Origin: an uncultured Bacilli bacterium
Lineage (GTDB): Bacteria; Bacillota_I; Bacilli_A; RF39; UBA660
Direction: 5' to 3'
Assembly: GCA_944363785.1 (NCBI GenBank)
Contig: CALVVF010000004.1
Location: forward strand, 459 to 64,458
Length of the DNA stretch: 64,000 bases
Shown one piece after another: positions 20,279 through 33,536 of this stretch (position 1 is its first letter; each line of letters starts with the position of its first letter). The notes beneath the pieces were generated by a model. It saw nothing but the letters and a program-made list of their open reading frames with translations, had not been told where the DNA came from and made no database searches. The position numbers were made by a program, and so were the translations under genes.

Positions 20279-21058
20279 CTATTCTACCTCTACTTCAACT
20301 TGTACATGATTTTTCTGTTCAATAGTCACTGTACGTTTCCATACATTAATACTAACCACTTTACCTTTTATTTCTGAATTATCATATGTATCTCCAATTT
20401 TAGGTAATCCTCGTTTCATTTCTGAATAAAGTTGATCTTCATAATTTAAACAACACAATAAGCGACCACAAACCCCATTTATTTTACCAGGATTTAATGC
20501 TAACATTTGATTCTTAGCCATATTAATAGATACGCTATTAAAATCAGTCAAAAAAGTATTACAACACAAAAACCGACCACAAGGGCCTAAACCACCTATC
20601 TCTTTAGCCTTATCACGTACTCCTATTTGTCGCAACTCAATTCTAGTTTTATAGATTTGAGCTAATTTTTTAGCCAATTCTCGAAAATCAACTCGATCAT
20701 CTGCTAAAAAATTAAAAAGCAATTGATTACGATCAAAAGTAAAATTAGCATCAATTATTCGCATAGGAAGTTGATACTTCTTAGCTAATCGTTTAGCATC
20801 AGCCAAAGCCTTAGTCGAATCTTTTTGATTCTTATCATGTTTCTGCCGATCATCATCAGTAACAAGACGTACTATTTTCTTCAAAGGAAATCCAATATCT
20901 TCCTCTTCAAACTCTTTAATATATAAAATAGTCCCATACTGTAAGCCTTTTTCTGTCTCTACAATAACTTCATCTCCAACTGAAGCAGAGATCTCATCAA
21001 GCAAAAATAAATAAACTTTACTATTTTTTTTTAAAGAAACTCCTGCAACTTTATACAT
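20279..21058 (-). CDS. ricT: PSP1-domain regulatory protein RicT/YaaT
   Basis: PSP1 domain with a Cys-rich GPCGRFLCC...GRLLCCL region. Start set at MYKVAGV. Confidence 0.85.
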   Translation of the reverse strand: MYKVAGVSLKKNSKVYLFLLDEISASVGDEVIVETEKGLQYGTILYIKEFEEEDIGFPLKKIVRLVTDDDRQKHDKNQKDSTKALADAKRLAKKYQLPMRIIDANFTFDRNQLLFNFLADDRVDFRELAKKLAQIYKTRIELRQIGVRDKAKEIGGLGPCGRFLCCNTFLTDFNSVSINMAKNQMLALNPGKINGVCGRLLCCLNYEDQLYSEMKRGLPKIGDTYDNSEIKGKVVSINVWKRTVTIEQKNHVQVEVEVE

Positions 21059-21935
21059 AACTATACTCACCTCCAGAAAAATCAATAACAAAAGAATCTA
21101 ACATTAAAGAAAGATTCAAATTAAATGCTAATCTCTGAATGTAGGAATGAATCACTTCAATTTTTCTTAAACAATCCTTTGTCGAATTATAAGATAGCAC
21201 CTGCTTAATTAAGTCATCATAAGGTGAGGAAAAATTAGATAGAACACTTTTACGAAGAGATTGCTCATAAATAACTTCTAATTGTTGAAAAATAGAAAGC
21301 CAATCTTCTTTGTTTAGATATTCATTAGAAAAAAAACTAGGTAAAAAAGCAATAGCAGCTTCCCTTTTTGTTTCAAGAATATCGATAAAATCATGAAAAA
21401 AGTTCTCATCTTCTATCTGAATTAAAGTCTGTTCTCCAAGAAGGGATAATAACTGGCATCGACTTTGTAAAGTTTCCAAAACCTGATAACGATTACGACA
21501 AACTAAAATGCCAATCAATTGGTTATCTGGTTCTTCTAAAAATTTTAACAAAGCATTAGCGGCTTGTTTATTCAGCTTGTCCGCTTCTTTAATAATATAA
21601 ATTCTCACATGGTTGTCCAATGACTTTGTCATAAACTTTTCCTTAATTTCTTGAATCTGATCTTTTTTTATCCAAGAACCATCAGGAGAGATTGTAATAA
21701 TATCACTATTATTAGCCAAATCAATTAAATGACAACTATTACAATCCTCACAATGACTAGAATCAGTATAATGATATGGACAATACAAAAATTTAGCAAA
21801 TGCCAAAACAAGATTATCTGTATCAGCATAATCTTTAGTTTCAATCAAATATGCATGACTAAATTTTTGATGAAGCCCAAATTGAACAACTTCATGATAA
21901 AAATTCTCCTGAGACGATTTAAAATCATCTAACAT
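21051..21935 (-). CDS. holB: DNA polymerase III subunit delta prime
   Basis: HAYL, the C-x-x-C zinc module, and LLKFLEEP and SRCQ motifs. Start at MLDDFK after a GAGGAGGGGG RBS. Confidence 0.85.
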   Translation of the reverse strand: MLDDFKSSQENFYHEVVQFGLHQKFSHAYLIETKDYADTDNLVLAFAKFLYCPYHYTDSSHCEDCNSCHLIDLANNSDIITISPDGSWIKKDQIQEIKEKFMTKSLDNHVRIYIIKEADKLNKQAANALLKFLEEPDNQLIGILVCRNRYQVLETLQSRCQLLSLLGEQTLIQIEDENFFHDFIDILETKREAAIAFLPSFFSNEYLNKEDWLSIFQQLEVIYEQSLRKSVLSNFSSPYDDLIKQVLSYNSTKDCLRKIEVIHSYIQRLAFNLNLSLMLDSFVIDFSGGEYSYV

Positions 21936-21949
21936 AATTCCCCCTCCTC

Positions 21950-22144
21950 TCAATACACTAATACAAATAGCAAAACCAAAGAAAAAAGTGCTGGAAAACC
22001 TAATAATGAAACTAAAGAAACCGTAATAATGTTAATAGGAATAATAATATTGAAATCACTAGCAATCATATTAAAACCATATAAAATAAAAAAACTAAGA
22101 ATTACTTTTTTCAATAAAGATAATAATTTTTTCATTTCTATCAC
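21950..22144 (-). CDS. bofA: BofA-like pro-sigmaK processing inhibitor
   Basis: 64-aa two-TM protein. IPINIITVSLVSLLGFPALFSLV aligns with B. subtilis BofA IPINLVTAAISGLLGIPGIAAL. Sits downstream of recR as in B. subtilis. Confidence 0.65.
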   Translation of the reverse strand: MIEMKKLLSLLKKVILSFFILYGFNMIASDFNIIIPINIITVSLVSLLGFPALFSLVLLFVLVY

Positions 22145-22173
22145 CTAATAAAAACTATGGTGTTATAAAAAAA

Positions 22174-22770
22174 TTATTCTACATTTTTACGATCTCTAAG
22201 AGCACGCTCCAAAGTCATTGCATCTATATACTCCATATCAGCGCCAATAGGTACACCACTTGCAATTTTAGATATTTTTATATCTAAATCACCTAACACT
22301 CTTTTGATATATAAAGCTGTAGTTTCTCCCTCAATACTTGGACGAAAAGCTAAAATAATCTCTTTAGGATGCACATTTCTAACGCGATCAACCAATTTTT
22401 CTAATTCAATGTCCTCAGGATTAATTCCCATAGCCGGCGAAATCAACCCTTTTAAAACATGATATTTTCCTTTGAATAAACCCAAACTTTCAAATAAAAA
22501 TACAGAACGTGGGTCTTCAACAACACATAATACTGAATCATCACGTAATTCACTCGAACAAATGTTACATACTGAAGAATCAGTAAAAGAATTACAGATT
22601 GAACATAAACAGATATTTTCTTTTACATTTTCAATACTAGAAGAAAGCAAATGTACCCTTTCTTCAGACATATTCATAACTGCAAAAGCCATACGTTCAG
22701 CCGTTTTTCTTCCCACACCCGGAAAAAACTCAAATGATTCAATTAAATTTTCTAAATCAGCAGGATACAT
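22174..22770 (-). CDS. recR: recombination protein RecR
   Basis: FPGVGRKTAERMAF motif, C4 zinc finger and Toprim domain. Confidence 0.95.
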   Translation of the reverse strand: MYPADLENLIESFEFFPGVGRKTAERMAFAVMNMSEERVHLLSSSIENVKENICLCSICNSFTDSSVCNICSSELRDDSVLCVVEDPRSVFLFESLGLFKGKYHVLKGLISPAMGINPEDIELEKLVDRVRNVHPKEIILAFRPSIEGETTALYIKRVLGDLDIKISKIASGVPIGADMEYIDAMTLERALRDRKNVE

Positions 22771-22772
22771 AA

Positions 22773-23066
22773 TTAAAATACACCTGGTATAGCATTAGCA
22801 TAACGTCCAAGCTTTTGTTCCATCATTTTATCTACTTTTTTAAACGCATCGTTTATAGCGATCATAATCATATCTTCTAACATATCTTTATCAATATCAG
22901 ATAAATCTTCATCAATTGTAATTTTGATAATTTCTTTCGTACCTTTCACTTCTACTTTAACAAAAGAACTTTCTCCTGTAAAAACAGTATTATCCACTTC
23001 TTCTTTTGCTTTCATCATATCTTTTTGCATAGCTTGCGCTTGCTTCATAATAGCTTGTAAATTCAT
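22773..23066 (-). CDS. ybaB: YbaB/EbfC nucleoid-associated protein
   Basis: ~97 aa, MNLQAIMKQAQAMQKDM motif, located between dnaX and recR. Confidence 0.9.
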   Translation of the reverse strand: MNLQAIMKQAQAMQKDMMKAKEEVDNTVFTGESSFVKVEVKGTKEIIKITIDEDLSDIDKDMLEDMIMIAINDAFKKVDKMMEQKLGRYANAIPGVF

Positions 23067-23081
23067 ATATTATCATCCTTT

Positions 23082-24758
23082 CTAATCTAAACTTACCATA
23101 TTTTCTCCAAATAATTTAATAGCCTCCTCTACACTTGTAGATTCATCTAATAAATCATCCTGTATATTAGGATTACTTTGTTCTAAATTAGGAACCTCCT
23201 GATAATGATAAGAAATACCATTATTCTTATTTTCTATATACTTTTTCTTTTCTTGTTCCCATTCAGAACTTGTCAACAATGCAATCCTAATTTTTCTTCC
23301 AAAAATAATTTCAAATAACTCCTCAAGTTTAGTTAATAAACGATATCCCCTATTAACCATTGACTCATAATCAAAAGTAATTATAACAGAATCAAGACTT
23401 GCTGCGCGTATAGTACCATCATAAATATAACAAGCAACAGCTCCATAATGTGCATCTAAAGCATAATCATTTAATCGATTCCAATTATTTTTTACTTCCA
23501 TCAAAACTTGCTTAGTAGCTCCAGAAAAACAATTATTTATAATAATCGCATTAATTTGCTTATATTTAACTAAGTTATTAGAATCAGAAACTAAATTCTG
23601 AGAAGTTTTTCTAATATCTTTTACATCAGACTTTTGATCGTCTTGCTTATCATTTTCATGAAAATCAGTATCCTTAACATCCAAAGATTTATTTTCATTT
23701 TTCACTGCTTTAGGAACTTCTGAATGATGATAGATAAAAGAAAGAATCCTCATTTCAAAAACAATTTTCATATTACTAGATTGTTTTACTTCATTTAAAG
23801 TAATATTTAAAAAATCAGCAAATTCTAGTAAAAAAGCAATATCAAAATCAATTTCTTCATCAGAATAATAATCAATAACCAAATTTCTGCATAAAACTAA
23901 TAGATCTTGATTAAAAACAACTAAATCTTTACCTGATTCGTATATAGAATCAATAAAAGAAATAACATCAGAAATATTTTGCTTAGATACCATAGACAAA
24001 AATTGTTTCTTTTCAGAAGTAGAAACAATTCCATTTAACATTTCAAAATCAGTTAAAGAAATCTTTGGTTCTGAAGAATAAGAGATTGCTTTATCTAACA
24101 TACCAATAGCATCTCTCATTCCGCCATCAGATAATTCAGCTATACGAGTAAGAACACCATCTTCTACTTCAATTTGTTCTTTTTCAATGATATAACGCAA
24201 TCTAGATTCAATTTCTTTTTCAGTTAATCTTTGAAAATCAAAACACTGACATCTAGAAACAACAGTAACCGGAACTTTATGTAAATCAGTAGTAGCAAGT
24301 ATAAAAATAATATGTTCCGGAGGCTCTTCCAATGTTTTTAATAAAGCATTAAAAGCACCAATAGATAACATATGTACCTCATCGATGATATAAACCTTAT
24401 ATTTCACTTCAGAAGGAACTAAATTAATTTTATTTTTAATTTCACGAATTTCGTCTACACCATTATTAGAAGCAGCATCAATTTCTATAATATCTGAACA
24501 TTCATTATGTATAATAGAAAGACAATTTTTACACTCTCCACATGCTTCACCATTAATTGGGTTTAAGCAATTCACATCTTTCGCAAATATTTTAGCTAAA
24601 GTCGTCTTACCAGTACCACGTGGTCCTGAAAATAAATATGCATGATTAATTTTATGATATTGAATCGCATTACGAATAATTTTAACAATTGCTTGTTGAC
24701 CGACAACATCTTCTAAATTAGAAGGTCTATATTTTCTATATAAAGCTTGATAACCCAT
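23082..24758 (-). CDS. dnaX: DNA polymerase III subunit gamma/tau
   Basis: GPRGTGKTT and the zinc module CGECKNC, plus LLKTLEEPP and SRCQ motifs. Confidence 0.95.
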   Translation of the reverse strand: MGYQALYRKYRPSNLEDVVGQQAIVKIIRNAIQYHKINHAYLFSGPRGTGKTTLAKIFAKDVNCLNPINGEACGECKNCLSIIHNECSDIIEIDAASNNGVDEIREIKNKINLVPSEVKYKVYIIDEVHMLSIGAFNALLKTLEEPPEHIIFILATTDLHKVPVTVVSRCQCFDFQRLTEKEIESRLRYIIEKEQIEVEDGVLTRIAELSDGGMRDAIGMLDKAISYSSEPKISLTDFEMLNGIVSTSEKKQFLSMVSKQNISDVISFIDSIYESGKDLVVFNQDLLVLCRNLVIDYYSDEEIDFDIAFLLEFADFLNITLNEVKQSSNMKIVFEMRILSFIYHHSEVPKAVKNENKSLDVKDTDFHENDKQDDQKSDVKDIRKTSQNLVSDSNNLVKYKQINAIIINNCFSGATKQVLMEVKNNWNRLNDYALDAHYGAVACYIYDGTIRAASLDSVIITFDYESMVNRGYRLLTKLEELFEIIFGRKIRIALLTSSEWEQEKKKYIENKNNGISYHYQEVPNLEQSNPNIQDDLLDESTSVEEAIKLFGENMVSLD

Positions 24759-24814
24759 AACTCACCTCCTATTAATAACTTAATTATAGCATAAAAAAGA
24801 GTATAACAAACAGG

Positions 24815-25264
24815 TTATGAACGTTTTTGACGAAAAAAATCTTTTACTAAATTAGATGTTTCAACTTCAAGAACTCCGCCAACAATTTCCACAGGATTAC
24901 CATATGAATGACTAGAAAAAATTTTATCTACTAATTCAACATCATTTGTATTGGCAACTGTTCCATATACAACTTTTGCTATTCTAGATTGAGCAATAGC
25001 ACTTGCACACATCGGGCAAGGCATCATAGTTACATATAAAGTACAATCAAGTAAACGCCAGTTTTCTAATTTCTTAGCTGCTTCAATAATACATTCAATT
25101 TCAGCATGAAAAACTGAACATTTTTTAGAATCTTTCTGATTGTGAGCACAAGCAATTACCTGATTATCCTTAACCAAAACAGCTCCAACTGGTACTTCAC
25201 CTATTTGATATGCTTTTTTTGCTTCTTTCAAAGCTAAAATCATATATTTTTCATCACATAACAT
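24815..25264 (-). CDS. tadA: tRNA-specific adenosine deaminase TadA
   Basis: HAE and PCPMC deaminase motifs. Start moved to MLCDEKYMIL (GGGAGAAAA RBS) because the upstream 28 codons of the track ORF overlie the SRP RNA. Confidence 0.9.
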   Translation of the reverse strand: MLCDEKYMILALKEAKKAYQIGEVPVGAVLVKDNQVIACAHNQKDSKKCSVFHAEIECIIEAAKKLENWRLLDCTLYVTMMPCPMCASAIAQSRIAKVVYGTVANTNDVELVDKIFSSHSYGNPVEIVGGVLEVETSNLVKDFFRQKRS

Positions 25265-25279
25265 AATATTTTCTCCCAA

Positions 25280-25359
25280 AAAAAAGTGCACATAAATATG
25301 AAAAATGTTAAGGCTGCTATCTTCCGATCCTGACCTGGTTCCATCCATATTTATTGCAC
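25280..25359 (-). ncRNA. ffs: small (~80 nt) signal recognition particle RNA (4.5S/scRNA type)
   Basis: The minus strand reads GUGCAAUAAAUAUGGAUGGAACCAGGUCAGGAUCGGAAGAUAGCAGCCUUAACAUUUUUCAUAUUUAUGUGCAC plus U8. It has the conserved domain IV (CCAGGUCAGG..GGAA..AGCAGCC), and the 5' and 3' ends pair. Promoter TTGAAA(25394-25389)-17-TAGAAT(25371-25366). Confidence 0.8.
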
Positions 25360-25426
25360 ATCAATATTCTAATATATTTTATCCACAATTTCAATAGAAA
25401 TGCAAAATTTTCTATTATTTTTACAA

Positions 25427-25442
25427 TGTTCCACGTAAAACA
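25427..25442. promoter_or_regulatory. parS-like site 1 (one mismatch)
   Basis: TGTTCCACGTAAAACA, with ACAA..TTGT flanks. Confidence 0.6.
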
Positions 25443-25533
25443 TTGTAAAAATATCAAATAACAATCTATTTTCGTGTATAAACAAGCCGAATTATATACT
25501 TAAAATTAATTTAACTTAGAGAATACACTTTAA

Positions 25534-25549
25534 TGTTCCACGTGGAACA
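25534..25549. promoter_or_regulatory. parS site 2
   Basis: TGTTCCACGTGGAACA, a perfect palindrome. Confidence 0.85.
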
Positions 25550-25561
25550 TTGTGTATAAAT

Positions 25562-25577
25562 TATTTCCCGGGAAATA
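25562..25577. promoter_or_regulatory. NBS 1 (paired with parS 2)
   Basis: TATTTCCCGGGAAATA, 12 nt after the parS. Confidence 0.75.
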
Positions 25578-25751
25578 ATTCTCATAAAAAATCCAAAACT
25601 AAAATATGGATAAATCTCATTTAAGACTTTACTTATATAAAGTAATAATCAAAAAAACATGAAGTCATATAATCAAATAAAGGAGAATTTTTTTCATAAT
25701 CTCTATTATTTATGCAATAAAAACAACATAATTAAATAAATATTTCAACAA

Positions 25752-25767
25752 TGTTTCACGTGGAACA
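25752..25767. promoter_or_regulatory. parS site 3
   Basis: TGTTTCACGTGGAACA, the reverse complement of the canonical TGTTCCACGTGAAACA. Confidence 0.85.
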
Positions 25768-25778
25768 TTGTGCAAAAT

Positions 25779-25794
25779 TATTTCCCGGGAAATA
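25779..25794. promoter_or_regulatory. NBS 2 (paired with parS 3)
   Basis: TATTTCCCGGGAAATA, 11 nt after the parS. Confidence 0.75.
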
Positions 25795-25942
25795 ATTACT
25801 AGATGCAAATTTGAACAAATAGTTTTCAACAAGAAAACAAAAACTTTTCAAACCAACCACTGAATAAATAAACTATATGCACAAAATAAATAATTCTCTT
25901 TCTTATTAATAAGATTGTAATTCTATTGTTAATTTCTAACTA

Positions 25943-25958
25943 TGTTTCACGTGGAACA
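25943..25958. promoter_or_regulatory. parS site 4
   Basis: TGTTTCACGTGGAACA. Confidence 0.85.
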
Positions 25959-26140
25959 TATAATTCATATATAAAAATATAATAATTAATATACAACTTC
26001 AACACATATTAATACTTACAAAACTAGTAAAAAATCAAAAGAAAAATAGCATTATCTAATTAAAGAAACTATAATCCCTAGCTCAATATATAACTGCAAA
26101 TATCATTTAATTTCTCATTTCAATTACTTATACCCTACAA

Positions 26141-26156
26141 TGTTCCACGTGGAACA
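26141..26156. promoter_or_regulatory. parS site 5
   Basis: TGTTCCACGTGGAACA. Confidence 0.85.
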
Positions 26157-26168
26157 TTGTGTATAAAT

Positions 26169-26184
26169 TATTTCCCGGGAAATA
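26169..26184. promoter_or_regulatory. NBS 3 (paired with parS 5)
   Basis: TATTTCCCGGGAAATA, 12 nt after the parS. Confidence 0.75.
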
Positions 26185-26362
26185 ATTTTCCTATATCAAC
26201 ACTAATTTTCAACAGAAGAAGAACTAATAGAATACAGTAAAGCAAAACTAATAAATTTAAAAAGTTTATTCATAAACTAAGACAAAAGCAAAATAGAAAC
26301 ACACTGATATCTCTTGCCTATATTACAATAATATAATTTAAGATTTCGATCACAACCAGTAA

Positions 26363-26378
26363 TGTTCCACGTGAAACA
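26363..26378. promoter_or_regulatory. parS site 6
   Basis: TGTTCCACGTGAAACA, the canonical sequence. Confidence 0.85.
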
Positions 26379-26598
26379 TTGTGTATAACATACTCTATTT
26401 TCTTAATATAAAATACCCAGACTTTTTATTTACTGAACTAAATAAGTAATAGAAAAAAATATTTTTATCAAATAAAATAATAATAAATATAGACTATCAA
26501 TTACTCTTTCGAAATATACCTTTAAATTATTGTTTGATAATTAAAAACTATAATTTAAATTCCACTTACTGGTTATTTAAGCAGTTATATGATGTTAA

Positions 26599-26614
26599 TG
26601 TTCCACGTGGAACA
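26599..26614. promoter_or_regulatory. parS site 7
   Basis: TGTTCCACGTGGAACA. Confidence 0.85.
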
Positions 26615-26625
26615 TTGTGCAAAAT

Positions 26626-26641
26626 TATTTCCCGGGAAATA
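26626..26641. promoter_or_regulatory. NBS 4 (paired with parS 7)
   Basis: TATTTCCCGGGAAATA, 11 nt after the parS. Confidence 0.75.
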
Positions 26642-26748
26642 ATTTTTTTTTTACATCAACAACCAATTTTCAATAAAGAAAGAAACTAATAGAATATAAT
26701 AAAACACTACTGATAAATAAAAGAAAAACCTATTCGTTCTCTAACCAC

Positions 26749-26828
<80 letters not shown>

Positions 26829-26886
26829 GTACTGCTGCTTTATTCATTCAATAATATTATCAACCACAATTATTTACAATCGACAA

Positions 26887-26902
26887 TGTTCCACGTGAAA
26901 CA
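26887..26902. promoter_or_regulatory. parS site 8
   Basis: TGTTCCACGTGAAACA. Confidence 0.85.
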
Positions 26903-27129
26903 TTGTGTATAAAATATATACTATTTCCTTGATCCAAATTATTCAGGATATTTACTAAATTAAATAAACAATAGAAAAAGTATTCTTTCTTATCAAATAA
27001 AATAACAAAAATATAGATCATCAGCTATTCTACTAAACTAATAAATACCTTCTTGAATTTAAAATTTTATAGAGCAAGCAAAACTGTATGATATGAAATT
27101 CTTCAAAAATTATTAAATCACTCACACAA

Positions 27130-27145
27130 TGTTCCACGTGGAACA
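27130..27145. promoter_or_regulatory. parS site 9
   Basis: TGTTCCACGTGGAACA. Confidence 0.85.
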
Positions 27146-27156
27146 TTGTGCAAAAT

Positions 27157-27172
27157 TATTTCCCGGGAAATA
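27157..27172. promoter_or_regulatory. NBS 5 (paired with parS 9)
   Basis: TATTTCCCGGGAAATA, 11 nt after the parS. Confidence 0.75.
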
Positions 27173-27394
27173 ATTTTTAATACAAAATATTAACATATAT
27201 ATAAATTAAAATGATTATTAGATATAAAAGTCATATTTTAATAAATTTTAAACATCTCAGAAAAATTAATATAAATAAATTACTACTAAGTATAATAAAA
27301 AAATTTATTCTACATTCTCTACTAAATTAAAAAAGTAATAATTACAACTATAAAAATATTCCAAATAATTATCTTAGTCTAATTATCTGTGCAA

Positions 27395-27410
27395 TGTTCC
27401 ACGTGGAACA
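27395..27410. promoter_or_regulatory. parS site 10
   Basis: TGTTCCACGTGGAACA. Confidence 0.85.
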
Positions 27411-27694
27411 TTGTGTATAATTATCTATTTAAAATTAATTATACACAATTATTCTTCTGTAAGTATTACTTTATATTAACTAAAAAAATCTAGCATCATA
27501 ACTAATCATATCAAAACTCAGCAAACATCAATTGTCATTTTCTAGATTACCTATAAATATCCACCAACTAAAAAGGCAATACTCAGTATATATAAACTCC
27601 AAAATAAATTCTACTCATCTCTTCATTAATTACTATATAAAACATTTTAAATTATGCACATACTAAAAATATTTCCATACATCTTAATCCATAA

Positions 27695-27710
27695 TGTTCC
27701 ACGTGAAACA
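27695..27710. promoter_or_regulatory. parS site 11
   Basis: TGTTCCACGTGAAACA. Confidence 0.85.
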
Positions 27711-27856
27711 TTGTGTATATTTCTTCCGTTTATAGCGCCAAACATAACACAATTACCATCTATATAAATAAAAATCATAAATTTAATAAGTAACTTCATA
27801 GAACATATGTTTGTATTAATGAGTACATATTTCAATTAACAACATAAATCAAAACA

Positions 27857-27884
27857 TTATAAAAGAGTGATTTTCATCACTCCT
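27857..27884 (-). terminator. intrinsic terminator downstream of gyrA
   Basis: Minus-strand GGAGUGAU-GAAA-AUCACUCU followed by UUUUAUAAUGUUUU. Confidence 0.6.
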
Positions 27885-27922
27885 TTATAACAAATTTAAA
27901 ATCAGAAAAATTTATTACTTAA

Positions 27923-30358
27923 TTATTCTGAAGCTTCTTCTTCTATTTCTGAAGTTCCATCTATTACAGATACTGTAGCCACACGCTGTGCATCTTTTAA
28001 ATGAATTAATCTAACACCTTGTGTAGCACGTTTTAAGGTTGAAATTTGATCCATTGGCATCCTCATAATAATACCATTATCCGTAATAATAATTAAATCA
28101 TCAGCATCAGTTACAGCCTTTAAAGATACCATATTTCCATTTTTCTCAGTTATATGTAAAGCCATAACACCTTTACTACCACGATGAGTCAAACGATATT
28201 CACCAACTTCAGTTTTCTTTCCATAACCATTAACAGTAACAACTAAAATCTTTTGTGAATTATCTACAACTTCACCACCAACAGTAATCGCACCATCTAA
28301 TTCGATACCTTTTACACCAGAAGCTATTCTTCCCATCACACGAATTTCTTTTTCAACAAAACGAACCATACGACCATTTGAAGCACCTATAATTACTTCA
28401 TTTTCACCTGTTGTCTTACGTACTGATATCAATTCATCATTATCTTTTAAAGAAATGGCTAATTTTCCACTAGATCTAATATTGTCAAATTCCGATAAAT
28501 TAGTACGTTTTACTAAGCCGTATTTAGTAATGAACAATAAATATTTAAATAAGTGTTCACCACTTTCCAAAGTAATAACAGAACTAATATATTCTTCCTT
28601 CTCAAGAGGAAGTAAATTAATAATTGGTAATCCTTTACTCTGACGACTAAATTCTGGAATTTCATAGCCCTTCATTCGATAAACTTTACCCTTATTAGTA
28701 AAGAATAAAATATAATCATGAGTGCTCATATTAATCATTTTCTCTACAAAATCTTCTTCATTAGTTGTCATACCTTTAATACCAACACCACCACGATTTT
28801 GCGTACGATAAGTATCGACTGGCATTCTCTTGATGTAACCTTTATTTGTCAACGTAATTAATGTTTGTTCAACTGGAATCAAAGATTCATCTTCGATATA
28901 TTCAATGGCTGTCATATCAATAGTAGTTCTTCTCTCATCACCATATTTATCTTTAATTTCCAATAACTCATTTTTAATAACTTCTAAAATCTTTTCATCA
29001 CTGCTTAAAATCAAACGTAACTCCCCTATTAGCTTTAACAATTCAGCTAATTCATTTTCAATCTTTTCACGTTCTAAACCTGTTAATCTTCGCAATTTCA
29101 TTTCCAAAATAGCATTGGCTTGATTTTCAGTTAAACCAAACTTTGACATTAAACCAGAACGTGCATCATCATCAGATTTAGCAGCTTTAATCAACTGAAT
29201 AATCGCATCAATATTATCAAGAGCAATCTTTAACCCTTCTAAAATATGAACTCGTTTCTCAGCATTTTCTAAATCAAACTTAGTACGACGGATAATAACT
29301 TCCTTTTGAAAATCAATATATTTAACTATAATATCTTTCAATCCTAAAGTTTTTGGAACACCTTGATCCAACATCAAAAGAATAATTCCATAACTTACTT
29401 GAAGTGAAGTATGCTTATATAATTTATTTAAAACAACCTGAGCATTAGCATCTTTCTTCAATGTAATAGTAATTTTAATACCATCCTTTAAATCAGAATG
29501 ATAATCTGATATACCTTCAATCATTTTATTATGTACAAGCTCAGCCACTTTATTTTTTAAATCTAAAGTGTTAATTCCATATGGAACTTCCTCAATAATA
29601 ATAAATTGCTTACCATTTTTTTCTTCAATATGAGCCTTACTTCTAATTGTAATTGATCCCCTACCGGTTTCATAAGCTTTTCTAATTCCACTATTTCCTA
29701 AAATAACCGCACCAGTAGGAAAATCTGGACCCTTGATATATTGCATTAATTCCGTCAAATCAATATCTGGATTATCAATATAAGCAACACAACCATCTAT
29801 TACTTCACTCAAATTATGTGGGGGAATATTAGTAGCCATACCGACTGCTATTCCTGTCGTACCATTTACTAAAATATTAGGAAATCTAGAAGGTAAAACA
29901 ACTGGTTCTTTAGCAGATTCATCAAAGTTAGGAACAAAATCAACCGTATTTTTATTAATATTTCTAAGTAATTCCAAAGAAATCTTAGAAAGTCGTGATT
30001 CAGTATAACGCATAGCAGCAGCACCATAACCTTCAATATTTCCAAAATTACCATGACCATCAATTAGTAAATAACGATAAGAAAAATCTTGTGCCATTCT
30101 TACCATTGCTTCATAAATAGAAGAATCTCCATGAGGATGATAGTTACCCATAACCTCACCAACTGTTTTAGCACTTTTCTTATGAGGTTTATCTGGGGTA
30201 TATCCAGATTCAAACATCGAATATAAAATTCGGCGATGAACAGGTTTTAAACCATCTCTAAGATCAGGAATTGCACGTGCAGTAATAACACTCATTGAAT
30301 AATCTAAAAAGGAATCCTGAACCTCTTTAACAATATTATTATGTTCTAATCTATCCAT
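27923..30358 (-). CDS. gyrA: DNA gyrase subunit A
   Basis: 811 aa with AAAMRYTE around the active-site Tyr and the [20 protein letters not shown]. Confidence 0.97.
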   Translation of the reverse strand: MDRLEHNNIVKEVQDSFLDYSMSVITARAIPDLRDGLKPVHRRILYSMFESGYTPDKPHKKSAKTVGEVMGNYHPHGDSSIYEAMVRMAQDFSYRYLLIDGHGNFGNIEGYGAAAMRYTESRLSKISLELLRNINKNTVDFVPNFDESAKEPVVLPSRFPNILVNGTTGIAVGMATNIPPHNLSEVIDGCVAYIDNPDIDLTELMQYIKGPDFPTGAVILGNSGIRKAYETGRGSITIRSKAHIEEKNGKQFIIIEEVPYGINTLDLKNKVAELVHNKMIEGISDYHSDLKDGIKITITLKKDANAQVVLNKLYKHTSLQVSYGIILLMLDQGVPKTLGLKDIIVKYIDFQKEVIIRRTKFDLENAEKRVHILEGLKIALDNIDAIIQLIKAAKSDDDARSGLMSKFGLTENQANAILEMKLRRLTGLEREKIENELAELLKLIGELRLILSSDEKILEVIKNELLEIKDKYGDERRTTIDMTAIEYIEDESLIPVEQTLITLTNKGYIKRMPVDTYRTQNRGGVGIKGMTTNEEDFVEKMINMSTHDYILFFTNKGKVYRMKGYEIPEFSRQSKGLPIINLLPLEKEEYISSVITLESGEHLFKYLLFITKYGLVKRTNLSEFDNIRSSGKLAISLKDNDELISVRKTTGENEVIIGASNGRMVRFVEKEIRVMGRIASGVKGIELDGAITVGGEVVDNSQKILVVTVNGYGKKTEVGEYRLTHRGSKGVMALHITEKNGNMVSLKAVTDADDLIIITDNGIIMRMPMDQISTLKRATQGVRLIHLKDAQRVATVSVIDGTSEIEEEASE

Positions 30359-30369
30359 AGCTTAACCTC

Positions 30370-33421
<3,052 letters not shown>

Positions 33422-33536
33422 AAAATATACCCTAAAATCATTTATAATCACCTTTTTTCAAAACTAGTACTCCCATACTTGCATATATATTATACCATAA
33501 TAACTGCCTAAAACCATAAAAAAAAAAGAAAAAGCT

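Noticed and set aside
25558-25580. The AATTATTTCCCGGGAAATAATT palindromes as simple Rho-independent terminators.
   Set aside because: Not fully excluded, because the three isolated copies do lie after gene ends. However, the stem is almost all A-T with no real loop, and the downstream T-runs are short or absent (TTTG, TTCT). Five copies lie in untranslated array DNA next to parS. All eight match the Noc-binding consensus exactly over 16 bp, so the protein-binding-site reading is preferred.
27647-27835. The 62-aa minus-strand ORF from the track, inside the array.
   Set aside because: It spans parS site 11, has no RBS and has a low-complexity I/N/K/M composition typical of a random ORF in AT-rich DNA.
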